Notes: generated by a model not told the origin, from the sequence alone. A stretch of DNA of 64,000 nt from Eledone cirrhosa (GCA_964016885.1 OZ024743.1:8432001-8496000), one strand, 5' to 3'. Counted from the first letter of the stretch, positions 37,480 through 53,066 are shown. Program-made: numbers and translations.

Positions 37480-40400
37480 GGGGGGAGATTTAGAGAGAGT
37501 CAGGTAGATTTGGAAAATGAGAGAGAGGGGGCGATGAGAGAGATTTAGAGAGAGTCAGGTAGATTTGGAAAATGAGAGAGAGGGGGCGAGGAGAGAGATT
37601 TAGAGAGAGTTAGGTAGGCTTGGGAAAAGAGAGAGAGGGGGCGAGGAGAGAGATTTAGAGAGAGTCAGGTAGATTTGGGAAAAGAGAGAGAGGGGGCGAG
37701 GAGAGAGATTTAGAGAGAGTTAGGTAGGCTTGGGAAAAGAGAGAGAGGGGGCGAGGAGAGAGATTTAGAGAGAGTCAGGTAGATTTGGGAAAAGAGAGAG
37801 AGGGGGCGAGGAGAGAGATTTAGAGAGAGTTAGGTAGGCTTGGGGAAAGAGAGAGAGGGGGCGAGGAGAGAGATTTAGAGAGAGTTAGGTAGGCTTGGGA
37901 AAAGAGAGAGAGGGGGTGAGGAGAGAGATTTAGAGAGAGTCAGGTAGGCTTGGGAAAGAGAGAGAGGGGGCCAAGAGAGAGATTTAGAGAGAGTCAGGTA
38001 GATTTGGGAAAAGAGAGAGAGGGGGCGAGGAGAGAGATTTAGAGAGAGTTAGGTAGGCTTGGGAAAAGAGAGAGAGGGGTGAGGAGAGAGATTTAGAGAG
38101 AGTTAGGTAGGCTTGGGAAAAGAGAGAGAGGGGGTGAGGAGAGAGATTTAGAGAGAGTTAGGTAGGCTTGGGAAAAGAGAGAGAGGGGGCGAGGAGAGAG
38201 ATTTAGAGAGAGTTAGGTAGGCTTGGGAAAAGAGAGAGAGAGAGAGAGAGTGTGTGAGTGAGGCAGACTGAGGTTGAGATAGAAGGGAGAAGGAGGAGAC
38301 ACCTTTAGAGAGAGTTAGGTAAACTTGGGAAAAGAGAGAGAGAGAGTGTGTGTCTGTGTGAGTGAGGCAGACGGAGATTAAGATAGAGGGGGGAAAGGAG
38401 AGAGAGTGAGGTGGACTTGAGCAAAGAGAGAGAGAGAGAGAGAGAGAGGCAGACTGAGGTTGAGATAGTGGTGGAGAAGGAGGAGAGAGATTTAGAGAGT
38501 GAGGTGGACTTGAGCAAAGAGAGAGAGGGGCGATGAGAGAGATTTAGAGAGAGTCAGGTAGATTTGGAAAATGAGAGAGAGGGGGCGAGGAGAGAGATTT
38601 AGAGAGAGTTAGGTAGGCTTGGGAAAAGAGAGAGAGGGGGCCAAGAGAGAGATTTAGAGAGAGTTAGGTAGATTTGGGAAAAGAGAGAGAGGGGGCGAGG
38701 AGAGAGATTTAGAGAGAGTTAGGTAGGCTTGGGAAAAGAGAGAGAGGGGGCGAGGAGAGAGATTTAGAGAGAGTTAGGTAGGCTTGGGAAAAGAGAGAGA
38801 GGGGGCGAGGAGAGAGATTTAGAGAGAGTTAGGTAGGCTTGGGAAAAGAAAGAGAGGGGGCCAAGAGAGAGATTTAGAGAGAGTTAGGTAGGCTTGGGAA
38901 AAGAGAGAGAGGGGGTGAGGAGAGAGATTTAGAGAGAGTTAGGTAGGCTTGGGAAAAGAGAGAGAGGAGGTGAGGAAAGAGATTTAGAGAGAGTTAGGTA
39001 GGCTTGGGAAAAGAGAGAGAGGGGGCGAGGAGAGAGATTTAGAGAGAGTTAGGTACGCTTGGGAAAAGAGAGAGAGGGGGCCAAGAGAGAGATTTAGAGA
39101 GAGTTAGGTAGATTTGGGAAAAGAGAGAGAGGGGGCGAGGAGAGAGATTTAGAGAGAGTTAGGTAGGCTTGGGAAAAGAGAGAGAGGGGGCGAGGAGAGA
39201 GATTTAGAGAGAGTTAGGTAGGCTTGGGAAAAGAGAGAGAGGGGGCGAGGAGAGAGATTTAGAGAGAGTTAGGTACGCTTGGGAAAAGAGAGAGAGGGGG
39301 CCAAGAGAGAGATTTAGAGAGAGTTAGGTAGATTTGGGAAAAGAGAGAGAGGGGGCGAGGAGAGAGATTTAGAGAGAGTTAGGTAGGCTTGGGAAAAGAG
39401 AGAGAGGGGGCGAGGAGAGAGATTTAGAGAGAGTTAGGTAGGCTTGGGAAAAGAGAGAGAGGGGGCGAGGAGAGTGATTTAGAGAGAGTTAGGTAGGCTT
39501 GGGAAAAGAGAGAGAGGGGGCGAGGAGAGAGATTTAGAGAGAGTTAGGTAGGCTTGGGAAAAGAGAGAGAGGGGGCGAGGAGAGAGATTTAGAGAGAGTT
39601 AGGTACGCTTGGGAAAAGAGAGAGAGGGGGCCAAGAGAGAGATTTAGAGAGAGTTAGGTAGATTTGGGAAAAGAGAGAGAGGGGGCGAGGAGAGAGATTT
39701 AGAGAGAGTTAGGTAGGCTTGGGAAAAGAGAGAGAGGGGGCGAGGAGAGAGATTTAGAGAGAGTTAGGTAGGCTTGGGAAAAGAGAGAGAGGGGGCGAGG
39801 AGAGAGATTTAGAGAGAGTTAGGTACGCTTGGGAAAAGAGAGAGAGGGGGCGAGGAAAGAGATTTAGAGAGAGTTAGGTAGGCTTGGGAAAAGAGAGAGA
39901 GGGGGCCAAGAGAGAGATTTAGAGAGAGTCAGGTAGATTTGGGAAAAGAGAGAGAGGGGGTGAGGAGAGAGATTTAGAGAGAGTTAGGTAGGCTTGGGAA
40001 AAGAGAGAGAGGGGGCGAGGAGAGAGATTTAGAGAGAGTTGGGTAGGCTTGGGAAAAGAGAGAGAGGGGGTGAGGAGAGAGATTTAGAGAGAGTTAGGTA
40101 GGCTTGGGAAAAGAGAGAGAGGGGCGAGGAGAGAGATTTAGAGAGAGTTAGGTAGGCTTGGGAAAAGAGAGAGAGGGGCGAGGAGAGAGATTTAGAGAGA
40201 GTTAGGTAGGCTTGGGAAAAGAGAGAGAGGAGGTGAGGAGAGAGATTTAGAGAGAGTTGGGTAGGCTTGGGAAAAGAGAGAGAGGAGGTGAGGAGAGAGA
40301 TTTAGAGAGAGTTAGGTAGGCTTGGGAAAAGAGAGAGAGGAGGTGAGGAGAGAGATTTAGAGAGAGTTGGGTAGGCTTGGGAAAAGAGAGAGAGGAGGTG

Positions 40401-42289
40401 AGGAGAGAGATTTAGAGAGAGTTAGGTAGGCTTGGGAAAAGAGAGAGAGAGGAGGTGAGGAGAGAGATTTAGAGAGAGTTAGGTAGGCTTGGGAAAAGAG
40501 AGAGAGGGGGCGAGGAGAGAGATTTAGAGAGAGTTAGGTAGGCTTGGGAAAAGAGAGAGAGGAGGTGAGGAGAGAGATTTAGAGAGAGTTAGGTAGGCTT
40601 GGGAAAAGAGAGAGAGGGGGCGAGGAGAGAGATTTAGAGAGAGTTAGGTAGGCTTGGGAAAAGAGAGAGAGGGGGCGAGGAGAGAGATTTAGAGAGAGTT
40701 AGGTAGGCTTGGGAAAAGAGAGAGAGGAGGTGAGGAGAGAGATTTAGAGAGAGTTAGGTAGGCTTGGGAAAAGAGAGAGAGGGGGCGAGGAGAGAGATTT
40801 AGAGAGAGTTAGGTAGGCTTGGGAAAAGAGAGAGAGGAGGTGAGGAGAGAGATTTAGAGAGAGTTAGGTAGGCTTGGGAAAAGAGAGAGAGGAGGTGAGG
40901 AGAGAGATTTAGAGAGAGTTAGGTAGGCTTGGGAAAAGAGAGAGAGGAGGTGAGGAGAGAGATTTAGAGAGAGTTAGGTAGGCTTGGGAAAAGAGAGAGA
41001 GGGGCGAGGAGAGAGATTTAGAGAGAGTTAGGTAGGCTTGGGAAAAGAGAGAGAGGGGCGAGGAGAGAGATTTAGAGAGAGTTAGGTAGGCTTGGGAAAA
41101 GAGAGAGAGGGGGTGAGGAGAGAGATTTAGAGAGAGTTGGGTAGGCTTGGGAAAAGAGAGAGAGGAGGTGAGGAGAGAGATTTAGAGAGAGTTAGGTAGG
41201 CTTGGGAAAAGAGAGAGAGGAGGTGAGGAGAGAGATTTAGAGAGAGTTAGGTAGGCTTGGGAAAAGAGAGAGAGAGGAGGTGAGGAGAGAGATTTAGAGA
41301 GAGTTAGGTAGGCTTGGGAAAAGAGAGAGAGGGGGCGAGGAGAGAGATTTAGAGAGAGTTAGGTAGGCTTGGGAAAAGAGAGAGAGGAGGTGAGGAGAGA
41401 GATTTAGAGAGAGTTAGGTAGGCTTGGGAAAAGAGAGAGAGGGGGCGAGGAGAGAGATTTAGAGAGAGTTAGGTAGGCTTGGGAAAAGAGAGAGAGGGGG
41501 CGAGGAGAGATATTTAGAGAGAGTTAGGTAGGCTTGGGAAAAGAGAGAGAGGAGGTGAGGAGAGAGATTTAGAGAGAGTTAGGTAGGCTTGGGAAAAGAG
41601 AGAGAGGAGGTGAGGAGAGAGATTTAGAGAGAGTTAGGTAGGCTTGGGAAAAGAGAGAGAGGGGGCGAGGAGAGAGATTTAGAGAGAGTTAGGTAGGCTT
41701 GGGAAAAGAGAGAGAGGGGGCGAGGAGAGATATTTAGAGAGAGTTAGGTAGGCTTGGGAAAAGAGAGAGAGGAGGTGAGGAGAGAGATTTAGAGAGAGTT
41801 AGGTAGGCTTGGGAAAAGAGAGAGAGGGGGCGAGGAGAGAGATTTAGAGAGAGTTAGGTAGGCTTGGGAAAAGAGAGAGAGGAGGTGAGGAGAGAGATTT
41901 AGAGAGAGTTAGGTAGGCTTGGGAAAAGAGAGAGAGGAGGTGAGGAGAGAGATTTAGAGAGAGTTAGGTAGGCTTGGGAAAAGAGAGAGAGGAGGTGAGG
42001 AGAGAGATTTAGAGAGAGTTAGGTAGGCTTGGGAAAAGAGAGAGAGGGGGCGAGGAGAGAGATTTAGAGAGAGTTAGGTAGGCTTGGGAAAAGAGAGAGA
42101 GAGAGTGTGTGTGAGTGAGGCAGACTGAGGTTGAGATAGAAGGGAGAAGGAGGAGACACCTTTAGAGAGAGTGAGGTAAACTTGGGAAAAGAGAGAGAGA
42201 GTGTGTGTCTGTGTGAGTGAGGCAGACAGAGATTGAGATAGAGGGGGGGAAGGAGAGAGATTTAGAGAGAGTGAGGTGGACTTGAGCAA

Positions 42290-42324
<35 letters not shown>

Positions 42325-42410
42325 GGGGCAGACTGAGGTTGAGATTGTGGTGGAGGTGGAGAAGGAGGAGAGAGATTTAGAGAGTGAGGCAGACTTGGGC
42401 AAAAAGAGAA
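37480..42410 (+). repeat. Purine-rich satellite, 55-bp unit, roughly 80 copies
   Basis: agagagatttagagagagttaggtaggcttgggaaaagagagagagggggcgagg repeated; degenerate block near 38240-38520 recurs near 42100-42400. Confidence 0.97.
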
Positions 42411-42695
42411 AGAGAAAAATAAAGGGAGAGCGAAAAGTAAAGTAAAAATCAAAAGACAATATCGATGTTTACTGACACGCATTGGAAATAACAGTCTTAT
42501 TTTTTACGTAGCATAAAACAAGAATCTATTTTCACAAAATATATCCATAAAATACACATTGAATAAATGAAATACAAAGTTATAACAAAAGATAACGAAG
42601 AACATATATAACCATTTATTTCCTGTTGAATTCCTTCAGCTTTGAATTATGTATATGCGCAGGCGCGCGTGTGCATGCATGATGTGAGTGTGTGA

Positions 42696-42751
<56 letters not shown>

Positions 42752-42755
<4 letters not shown>

Positions 42756-42985
42756 TTGCCCCCCGGCATTTGCGGTCCCTGTTATTCGCGGAATTTTCCT
42801 TAAAACCTAACAAATTATTGTTCGTGGAAACCACCGCATATTCGCGGAATCGTAAATATTTTTCGCGATTATTTTTACAGCTTTTCTCGTGGCAATATAT
42901 ATTTTTAAAGCGAAATTATTAATAACAATATACCGTATTTGCCGGTCTATTGGACGCCCCTTCGCATAAGATGCTCCCTCTTTTT
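42752..42985 (+). mobile_element. Two adjacent Tc1/mariner-superfamily ends (Tigger-like, Tc2-like)
   Basis: TA-CAGTTGCCCCCCGGCATTTGCGG at 42752 and TA-CCGTATTTGCCGG..GACGC at about 42931; no partner TIRs seen. Confidence 0.45.
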
Positions 42986-43149
42986 TAATTATATTTTACG
43001 TTATATTTTAACGTTTATAGGCATTTTTCAACAGTTGAAACCCTGGAGTCTTGACTTAATCTTCCTTGAAAACTTTAAGATCATAATTTCTATTCTCACC
43101 TGTGAATCATCCTAACACTTCCCTCTTGAAGTCGTTGGAGATATGATTG

Positions 43150-44600
43150 GTGACGAGGTTTTACCTTCAAAGGCGATACTTCATTTCTTCGGCGAGTAGA
43201 ACGTTTGGTCTTTGACTGTTCTTTGTGACGGGTAAATTAAAGGTGCCTCAAACGATTTCATGTGTTAGCTGCAACCTATGCTGAGATTGATGTAAAAGTC
43301 CGCTTTTTTATTGCATCTTGTTAATATGTTTAGTTCAGGCGTTTTGTCCAACTTGGATGTCATAAATCACTTTTCCCCATTTACATACAACCACTCCCAT
43401 TGTTCATCCTATTGGTCCATGGTATCACCTGGCTGCACCTTCCCTTCTAATTGTGATTTTTCATTTTTGTAGTCATTAATAAATAAATAAAGAAATCATT
43501 ATCATCTGCATTCTTATGCATTGGAATCAAACAATCAAACATTGTTCGTAGTTTTCTTCCCAACATACATTCACCTGGTGATTTTCCACCAAGTGATTTT
43601 CCACCAGGTGATTTTCCACCTGGCGATTTTCCACTTGACGATTCTCCACCTGGTGATTCTCCACCTGGTACATTTGGATTAGGGGTGTTTCTGTATGCTA
43701 ATAGGAAGATTACTAATTCCTTTGGCACCCCTCTCTCTTTGACTTCAATAGCACCTGATTGAATGTATGGACGAAGCTTCCTGCCTAACCGTTAGACTGT
43801 GGATAATCAGAGGTGACTTCATATGACGAATGCTATTTTCATTGCACCTTCGAAACAAAACGCACTGGTAAATTGACTAACATTGTCTGTGACGATAGTT
43901 TTAAAAATTCCAAATTAACTATACAACTGTTTCAAAATGCCAACTGTTGCTGCACTACAGTGTTTGGCATTATTCTGATCTCTGGCGACTTTGAATATGT
44001 GTCGACCAAAATCATATACATGATTCCATTAATTGGACCAGCAAAATCTACGTGAATATGGTTCCATGGTTGATCTTGTGGTCAGCTTTCTGGTTCATTT
44101 TTCGGCGGATGTTTAAGTACACAAATACAGCCATCACAGTTTTTACAAAACTGCTCTAGCTCTTGAACCAGAAGTGGCCAATAAACGAAACTTGGTACGT
44201 TTGCTTTTCTCCGGTTGATGTGGAATTGCCTGATGGTTGCTGTCTGTAGCGGCCGTAGAACCACAACGCGTTCACCAAACACTAAACATCTATTGACCAC
44301 AGATAATGGGTGACGGCGATTTATGATGACATCATTTGTCTGTGGTCACTCCAAACGTAGATAACTGATAACTTGTTGAAGGAGCTTTTTCTGCTGTGTA
44401 ATGTTTAATATGATCTGCTAATATTGGTAGCCCCCGGACTGCATCTGATAGTATTTTTTGTATTGCTCCTTCTGCCTCAACTGTTGCCACGACAACTCTT
44501 CTTCTGGTGGTGTGTGATTGCAAGTAAGACGAGATAATGCGTCAGCTTCACCAAATTCATATATTGACAGATATTGGATTTTGAATTTAGTATGCAGAGT
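43150..44600 (-). mobile_element. Decayed Mag-like Ty3/Gypsy RNaseH-integrase fragment
   Basis: EFGEADALSRL, FVYWP..C..C, PWNHIHVDFAGPING, HPQSNG, FLLAYRNTPNP..SP..GRKLRT with many stops; no LTRs found. Confidence 0.8.
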
Positions 44601-45132
44601 ACTCTCTTAGGATATTTTGTCTTCGGTCATCTTGTCTCCTGTCATGGATTTGAGTCGACCAAAGCTTTGTGAGTAACATTTAGTAGCTAGAAACTATATA
44701 GAAACCCGCCGGGCGGACAACACTTATTCTTAACCCCAACACATGATCTATGATTGCGTTTAGTGGAGTCAACTCTGCAGTAAGCATTCGGGCCAGATCT
44801 CTCGTCTGATAATAGTTCTCTGTTTCTTCCAATAAGTCTTGGGTCACTAAACTAGGTCATTATCTGATTAAATCATTACAAAAAACAATACAAACCAATT
44901 CTGTCATTAAAACCTCAATAAGTCTGATATGAAGAAAATATTGAATGACTTTTAAGAAGATACAACCCAGACAGAAGGGATCTATGATATACTACACACC
45001 TGTGCATTCCGTCTGTTCTTTCAATGGTATTAAGGCACCGAATCCGTATTGTACTTCTTCAACCTTTGTGTAAAACTAATAGCATATCCTAACTGATTTT
45101 TACCTCCCACTATACACTACAAACGCCCAATT

Positions 45133-45265
<133 letters not shown>

Positions 45266-45336
45266 CAAGTATATATATGTATATATATGTATATATATAT
45301 ATATGTATATATATGTATATATATATATATTTATAA

Positions 45337-45427
<91 letters not shown>

Positions 45428-46528
45428 CTTCTTACCTCTACACTTTACCTATTCAGATAGAGATCAAAAATAGGGATTAGAGGCCTGCTTTTCGTTGTTT
45501 TTATTTCGTTTTGTTTATAATCTTTTTTTCTCTATTTCTTTGTTATATTTTCTCCCTACCCAACCCATTTATTTGTTTATCTTTATTTTTCTTAATTCTG
45601 TATTTTCATTATCCCCCACCCCTTTTTGTCCTTTGTTTTTGGCTTTTTCCTTCTTCCTCTCTTTCTCCCCCCCCCCCTCTCTCTCTGCTATATTTTAACC
45701 TCATCCCATGTTCCTTCTTTTTTCTTTTTTTTTCCTTTCTTAAGTATTCCTCTTTACAATATTTTCAGCCTCTGATGTTTTCTGCAGATTACTGTCCGTC
45801 CATTTTCATGTTATTTTAACTCGTTTCTAGCGCTCCCTGGTGATTGACATTAAGATGTCTTGCTAATGTCAGTCATTGTTGCTGTCAAACCGATAGAAAT
45901 GCGCACTGTCTCATGAAAGTTGTTTAAAATAGGTTAGCTTTAAGTGAATTTAGCGGGGCGGAAGACACAAAGAATGTCGGTTGTCTCACCTAATACTCTC
46001 CTCCAGGAGGAAAAGAACTTTTAACAATTCATCTGCTCAAGCGGAACTCACTGTTGTAATCGGATTTAAAAGGTCTGCTGCTCCAGAATATCATTTCTTT
46101 ATCACTGTCTTACTTTCTTGTTTCCCCGTAAGCTATCCTGAAGGGCGGGCGCGAATAAAATGAGAGAAAAAGGATGATCCTTTATGCTACAATGTGAACA
46201 TGCTGATATGAAACCTGTTTTTAAAACTGCTTTTTTCTTTATTTTTCCTTTCTTTCTTTATTGTATTCTTTTGATTTTTAAAATCAGATCACCAGAAGAG
46301 GTCTGTTGCTCATCACACACCCTATATACTTATTTATTTATCTATCTGTTTCTTTTTTTGTGTGTGAAGATCATTATCCCTGGGTGGTGGGGTCAACGGC
46401 AATATATTTGTGATAACTGCTATATCATACACAAACCACCGGTAAAGCAAACTCAATTCTAATCGATTGTTTATATAAATTTTGCACCCATTTTCAGTCC
46501 ATGTTCGCATACAAATACGCTTGCACAG

Positions 46529-46622
<94 letters not shown>

Positions 46623-46648
46623 TACGCACAAAGGCACACACATACACA

Positions 46649-46686
<38 letters not shown>

Positions 46687-48471
46687 AAGCAACAGCAGTA
46701 AGCTTAGTTACTCACCAAATACATACATCAAATCGTTTTTGTCTCAGTTGGCTCCAAAGAAGCGCCATCATTAGTTGGAATAGAAAGAAAACAGAATGCC
46801 ATGTTAAAAACTTGAAGGTAAACAAAAAAAATATTTTGCTTATTTTATTTGAATTATTGTCAGAAGCACAAAGAATGTTGGCCAACTTCGATGAAAATAA
46901 TAATCATTATCTATAATTACAATTTATAACAAACAATTCTATACTCTCTTGTAATAGAATGGCAACAATTCCGGTTCTTAAATTTCTTTAAATATTATTG
47001 GTTAACTCATGTTTTTGCGATTGGATATTTTTCTCTTCTCGCAAAATATCTCTGTAAAGTGAATCAGTCATCACACAACCTCAGGATATTTGTCAATATA
47101 GTCGCCATTATGTAAAAAAATGCAAAATTACTTAAAACAAAAAGTGAAATAATGTTTAACGATGTTTTTATCTTATGAAAAGATAAAAACAATATAAGTT
47201 CTTCGAAAATTTATTGATTAACGTATTCTCTTAGTATGTGATGTCGTCTGCTACATTCCACAAACATGAACGACAATAACAACAACAACTAAAAAGAAAT
47301 AAACTTTGGATGTAATATGCAGGATGATGTGTTCAATGTGTATGCAACATAATGTGGTTTATACAATTGTATGTATGTATGTATGCATGTATGTATATAT
47401 ACATGTATGTATGTATATATACATGTATGTATGTATATATATATATGTTTGTACACATGTATGTATTGTATGTATATACATACATACTCACATATATATA
47501 CACATATATGTGTGTATGTACGTATTTATGTGAGTGTGTGTGTGAAATGAGGCATGAATAAACATTCAAATGCAAGCATGCACACATATAAAACACATAC
47601 AAATATATTAGAATAATAGGTAGACGTCTCTACACATATGTATAGGTCATATAGGTGATAGTATATTTTATATATGATTATACATGTGAGAATAGTCTTG
47701 TAAAGCTGTTACCGTTTTATAAATATTGAACAGTACAAAATACTATCTCTATCGTCAAATCTAGAGGAAGCAACTTACATAACACGTTCGATTTTAATTT
47801 AGTGTGAAAATGATATTATCTAACATAAACGTCACATTATTGACTTAGCGCAACTCAATATACACTATTAAAAAAAAAGGTCTTAGTTGGAATACCGTTT
47901 TGATCAATCATAGAACAGCTCAATCTGTGGCCGACATTACGTTAAATGAGGATGCCTTTACTGAGTAGCCTGACCTGTAAGAAATAGCAACCAAATCTTC
48001 CTCATATGCACACAGGTTGCTGCAATTTTAGAAAGTTGTTCTTTTTAACCCCGGACAAGGTATGTTATATATACCCAAGTACTGCAATAGACAACAGAAA
48101 AAGAAAAAAATTACTGACAAGAAAAATAATTCATTGTGTAGATTAGTATTGTATTTTGAAAAGAATGTTTTCCCAGAAAATAAGAAAACATAACAGTAGA
48201 ATTTTATTTTCAATTCTGTATTTGTTTGTGCATTTCTATGAAGCTCAGCTTGAAACATGTACTGGGTGTTTTGGATGCAGCAATTCCTTGCGAATCAACA
48301 TTCCCAAACAAACTGAAGATTGTTGACATCTTTTAAAAGAAATTGATCCATGTGATTGTATTCATTTTAGGTATTAATAAACCTGTGCCAAACCGGGTAC
48401 GACTGCTAATACTTTATAAGAAAGGGGAGAATAGATTGAAAACTTTTCCTTATTCAAACATTTCTCAATGT

Positions 48472-48746
48472 GGAGGCGTGTGGTCTAATGGTAAGGGTGT
48501 TGGATTTACAATCATAATATTGAGGGTTCGATTCCTGGGCGAGGTTGCGTGTTGTTTCCTTGAGCAAAAAACTTAATTTCACGTTGCTCTAGTCTGCTCA
48601 GAGTACCAGTAATAGCTGGAGGTTTGACTCTGCGATGAACTGGCGTCCTGTCCAGGCATGCAGGTATTGTACTCCCAGTCGCTTCACGCGACGAAACAGG
48701 GATAAGCACCGGCCTTAGGAACCTTCTGGCTTGGGACAGACTTTAG
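48472..48746 (+). mobile_element. tRNA-derived SINE family B-like, near full length
   Basis: A box tggtctaatgg, B box ggttcgattcc, tccttgagcaa core, 3' ctgcgatgaactggcgtcctgtccagg...gacagacttta. Confidence 0.8.
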
Positions 48747-49313
48747 ACATTTCTCAAGTACGTTAATAACAAAAGTAAAAGGAATAAAGTTAAATTGGAA
48801 ATTACTGTCATCAACACCGTTTCGTATTACTTGGGACTTACCACTTTACCACTGGGTTTCATATATATTAGCATTTACGAATATAGATATATTTTCACCA
48901 ATTCTTCATGACATAATCAAACTACAAATTATGGTTCTGCTCACACTAAATCGTTTTTCTAACTAATTTTCTTGGGTTGATGTCATAATGATATTGATTT
49001 AATTAAATTAATGAGTGAGTGGGAAAACGACCCAAGATACATCGGTTCTAGCCAATAACTTCATTTCAATATGGTGTATACGAAAAAAGAGTAACAAATG
49101 TATTTTATTTTCGTTGACATTTTCGTGGAGTGTTTAACGCATTCACCCAACATCCGAAATATGCGGGATTCATTTCCTTGCAGGCGTCGCAGTTCATTTT
49201 TCCGTCTACAATTTTTTAAACTATTATTTATAGTGATCGACTCTTATGGTTATTTGCGTAGGAACATATTTCAAGTTTCAAGATTCCCAGGTGATTAATA
49301 AGTCAACCGTTGT

Positions 49314-49354
<41 letters not shown>

Positions 49355-49387
49355 CATCTATCTATCTATCTATCTATCTATCTATTT

Positions 49388-49630
49388 AGGAAGATAAACA
49401 GAGGGAAGACAGGAACACCTACAAAACGTGTTCGTGGTGTTGAGGGTTGTTCTATCCACGGGGTGTAAAACAATCCTGCAGTAACGTTCCCTCCTATTGG
49501 GGATTTCAATTGTTATTTTATTATATATAGTTTATTGTTATTTATTAATGTTAAAGTTATTTTTATGTAAAACCCCCGCCACCACGTCTTGTAATGTCCC
49601 ATTTTTGTACATCCCTGTGGCAAATAAAGA
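49388..49630 (+). mobile_element. LINE 3' end (Tx1/L1-like) inserted in (ATCT)n
   Basis: Unique segment ending ttgtacatccctgtggcAATAAAg + (ATCT)n, with (ATCT)n on both sides; clade is a guess. Confidence 0.5.
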
Positions 49631-49667
<37 letters not shown>

Positions 49668-49719
49668 GTTTGTTTATCTATCTATATCTCTCATATATAT
49701 ATATATCTACTATAATAAA

Positions 49720-49890
49720 TGTTTCTACATTTGACATAAGGCCAGCTATTACTCCAGTGCATTACTGGTACTTTATTTTATCGACCCCATAAGGATGAAA
49801 CGCAAAGTTAACCTCGGCAGGGTTTGAACTCAGAACGTGAAGGGCCTTAACTCTATGCCACTAAGCATGTTATCTGACGCTCTACCTATA
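49720..49890 (-). mobile_element. SINE A
   Basis: Matches consensus; flanked by (TAA)n. Confidence 0.85.
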
Positions 49891-49974
49891 CGGTAACAAT
49901 AATAATAATAATTATTATTATTATAAATAATAATAATTATTATAATCATTATTTTTGTATCGGTAGAATATCAG

Positions 49975-50570
49975 TGGAATAAAGAGAATTGACACAAAAA
50001 TTCGTAAGTTGCTGACTTGCAATAAAATGCACCACCCAAAGGCAGATGTGGATCGTCGTTACCTTCCGAAAACTCAAGGAGGTCGAGGTTTGGCCCAGTT
50101 TGAACTGTCTTACAAAACCGTCAGAATTGGCCAAATACCTTGAAACAACAAACGAGTGGATGCTGAAGCTTGTTCAAAAAAAATGAGAGGAGTAAGAAAC
50201 TTTATTCTATATTGAATGAGAGCAAAACATTCGCTGCTGATTTCATGACTGATATCCAGGCTGGACAGACCGAGAGAACTGTGGCAACTGTTGTTGCAAA
50301 GGAAATAAAATTAATGGCTAAGAAAAAGGGGGATGAAAAATTAACATCGAGGTGGGAGCAGAAACCCTTGCATGGCAAATATGTTGTTCGTAGCAAAGAA
50401 GGTGATGTTGACCAGAGACACATTCATTTAGTGGTTAGCTACCTCAGGGCTAATGACAGAAAGTGAAGGCTTCATCTTAACTGCTCAAGATCAAAGCTTA
50501 TCAACTCGGAACTATCAAACCAATGTGATGGGAAATGAAGTAGATCCAAAGTGCTGAGTCTGTAGAAGAA
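49975..50570 (+). mobile_element. Dong/R4-clade LINE fragment
   Basis: IDTKIRKLLT..MHHPKADVDR.YLP..GGRGL, WEQKPLHGKY, SEGFILTAQDQSLSTRNY; (TAA)n on both flanks. Confidence 0.8.
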
Positions 50571-50611
50571 TCTTGTCCGAAATATAATAATAATTGTAGT
50601 AATAGTAATAA

Positions 50612-51089
50612 TTGTTTCTACTTTTGGCACAAGGCCAGCAATTAGCCAGTGTATTACTGGTACTTTATTTTATCGACCCCATAAGGATGAAAGGCAAAGT
50701 TAACCTCGGCGGGATTTGAACTCAGAATGGCAAGGGCCGTAACTCTATGCGTCAAAGCATGGCGTCCGACCCTCTACCGATACTGCCAATCCACCGAGTA
50801 ATAGTAATAATGATTTCATTTATTGGCCACAAGGGCCGATGTAGTAGTAATAGTAATAATTGTTTCTACTTTAGGCGCAAGGCCAACAATTACCCCAGTG
50901 CATTACTGGTACTTTATTTTATCGACCCCGTAAGGATGAAAGGCAAAGTTAACCTTGCGGAATTTGAACTCAGACAAAGGCCATAACTCTATGCTGTAAA
51001 GCATGGCGTCCGACCCTCTACCGATACTGCCAATCCACCACCCTAGCATGGCGTCCGACCCTCTAGCGATACTGCCAATCCACCACCCT
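50612..51089 (-). mobile_element. Two SINE A copies, second with duplicated 45-bp head
   Basis: Copies near 50612-50797 (TSD gtaatagtaataat) and 50860-51043; head repeated at 51044-51089. Confidence 0.88.
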
Positions 51090-51214
51090 GAGAGGCATGA
51101 ATAATGCTAGGGAAAAACCGGCTTACAGTTATAATGTCCACTCTGGTCCTACTGATAAGTGTGGTAAATATTTTAGAAATAAAATATGTAAAATGGTGCA
51201 TTATTTATAAACAT

Positions 51215-51415
51215 GGTGGATTGGCAATTACCGGTGGATTGACAGTGTCGGTAGAGAGTCAGACACCATGCTTTGAAGCATAGAGTTACGTCCCTTTATG
51301 ATCTGAGTTCAAATCCCGCCGAGGTTAACTTTGCCTTTCATCCTTGCGGAGTCGATAAAATAAAGTACCAGTAATGTACTGGTTAATTACTGGCCTTGTG
51401 CCAAAAGTAGAAACA
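51215..51415 (+). mobile_element. SINE A with 15-bp TSD and doubled 5' start
   Basis: attatttataaacat at 51200-51214 and 51416-51430; ggtggattg occurs twice at the head. Confidence 0.9.
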
Positions 51416-51544
51416 ATTATTTATAAACATATGATTCAGTTGTATAATCATATGTCTGTTGTTATCTAGATCTTGCATTAACATATTTAAGGATAACCTT
51501 TTTTTGCTCATACTTATATATACATACACGTAAAAATGTTCCTG

Positions 51545-52670
<1,126 letters not shown>

Positions 52671-52826
52671 ATATAACTACTCTGTAGAACAACTGATGTT
52701 ATTACATTGAGCTATTTATCTTACTGGTAATAAGGTAGTAATAAATTATTGACCTTCACTGTTTAGGGTTTAAAATATACATAACTATAAAAAGTTTTAG
52801 TATATACATAACCATAAATAGTATCC

Positions 52827-52908
<82 letters not shown>

Positions 52909-53066
52909 GTATTCACATTCGCATTCTCACCCGCATACCCACAGATTCGTTCATACAGTCAAATATACTCATGTAAGAACTGTCGTATATGTACACCTGC
53001 ACATATATGTACACCTGCATATATACATACTCATGTAGATATATGTTTGCCCGTAAACCCCCCCCC

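Noticed and set aside
45430-46470. Possible Penelope-like relic (CAGAAGA near 46293)
   Set aside because: No readable protein motif and no complete hammerhead; too weak to call.
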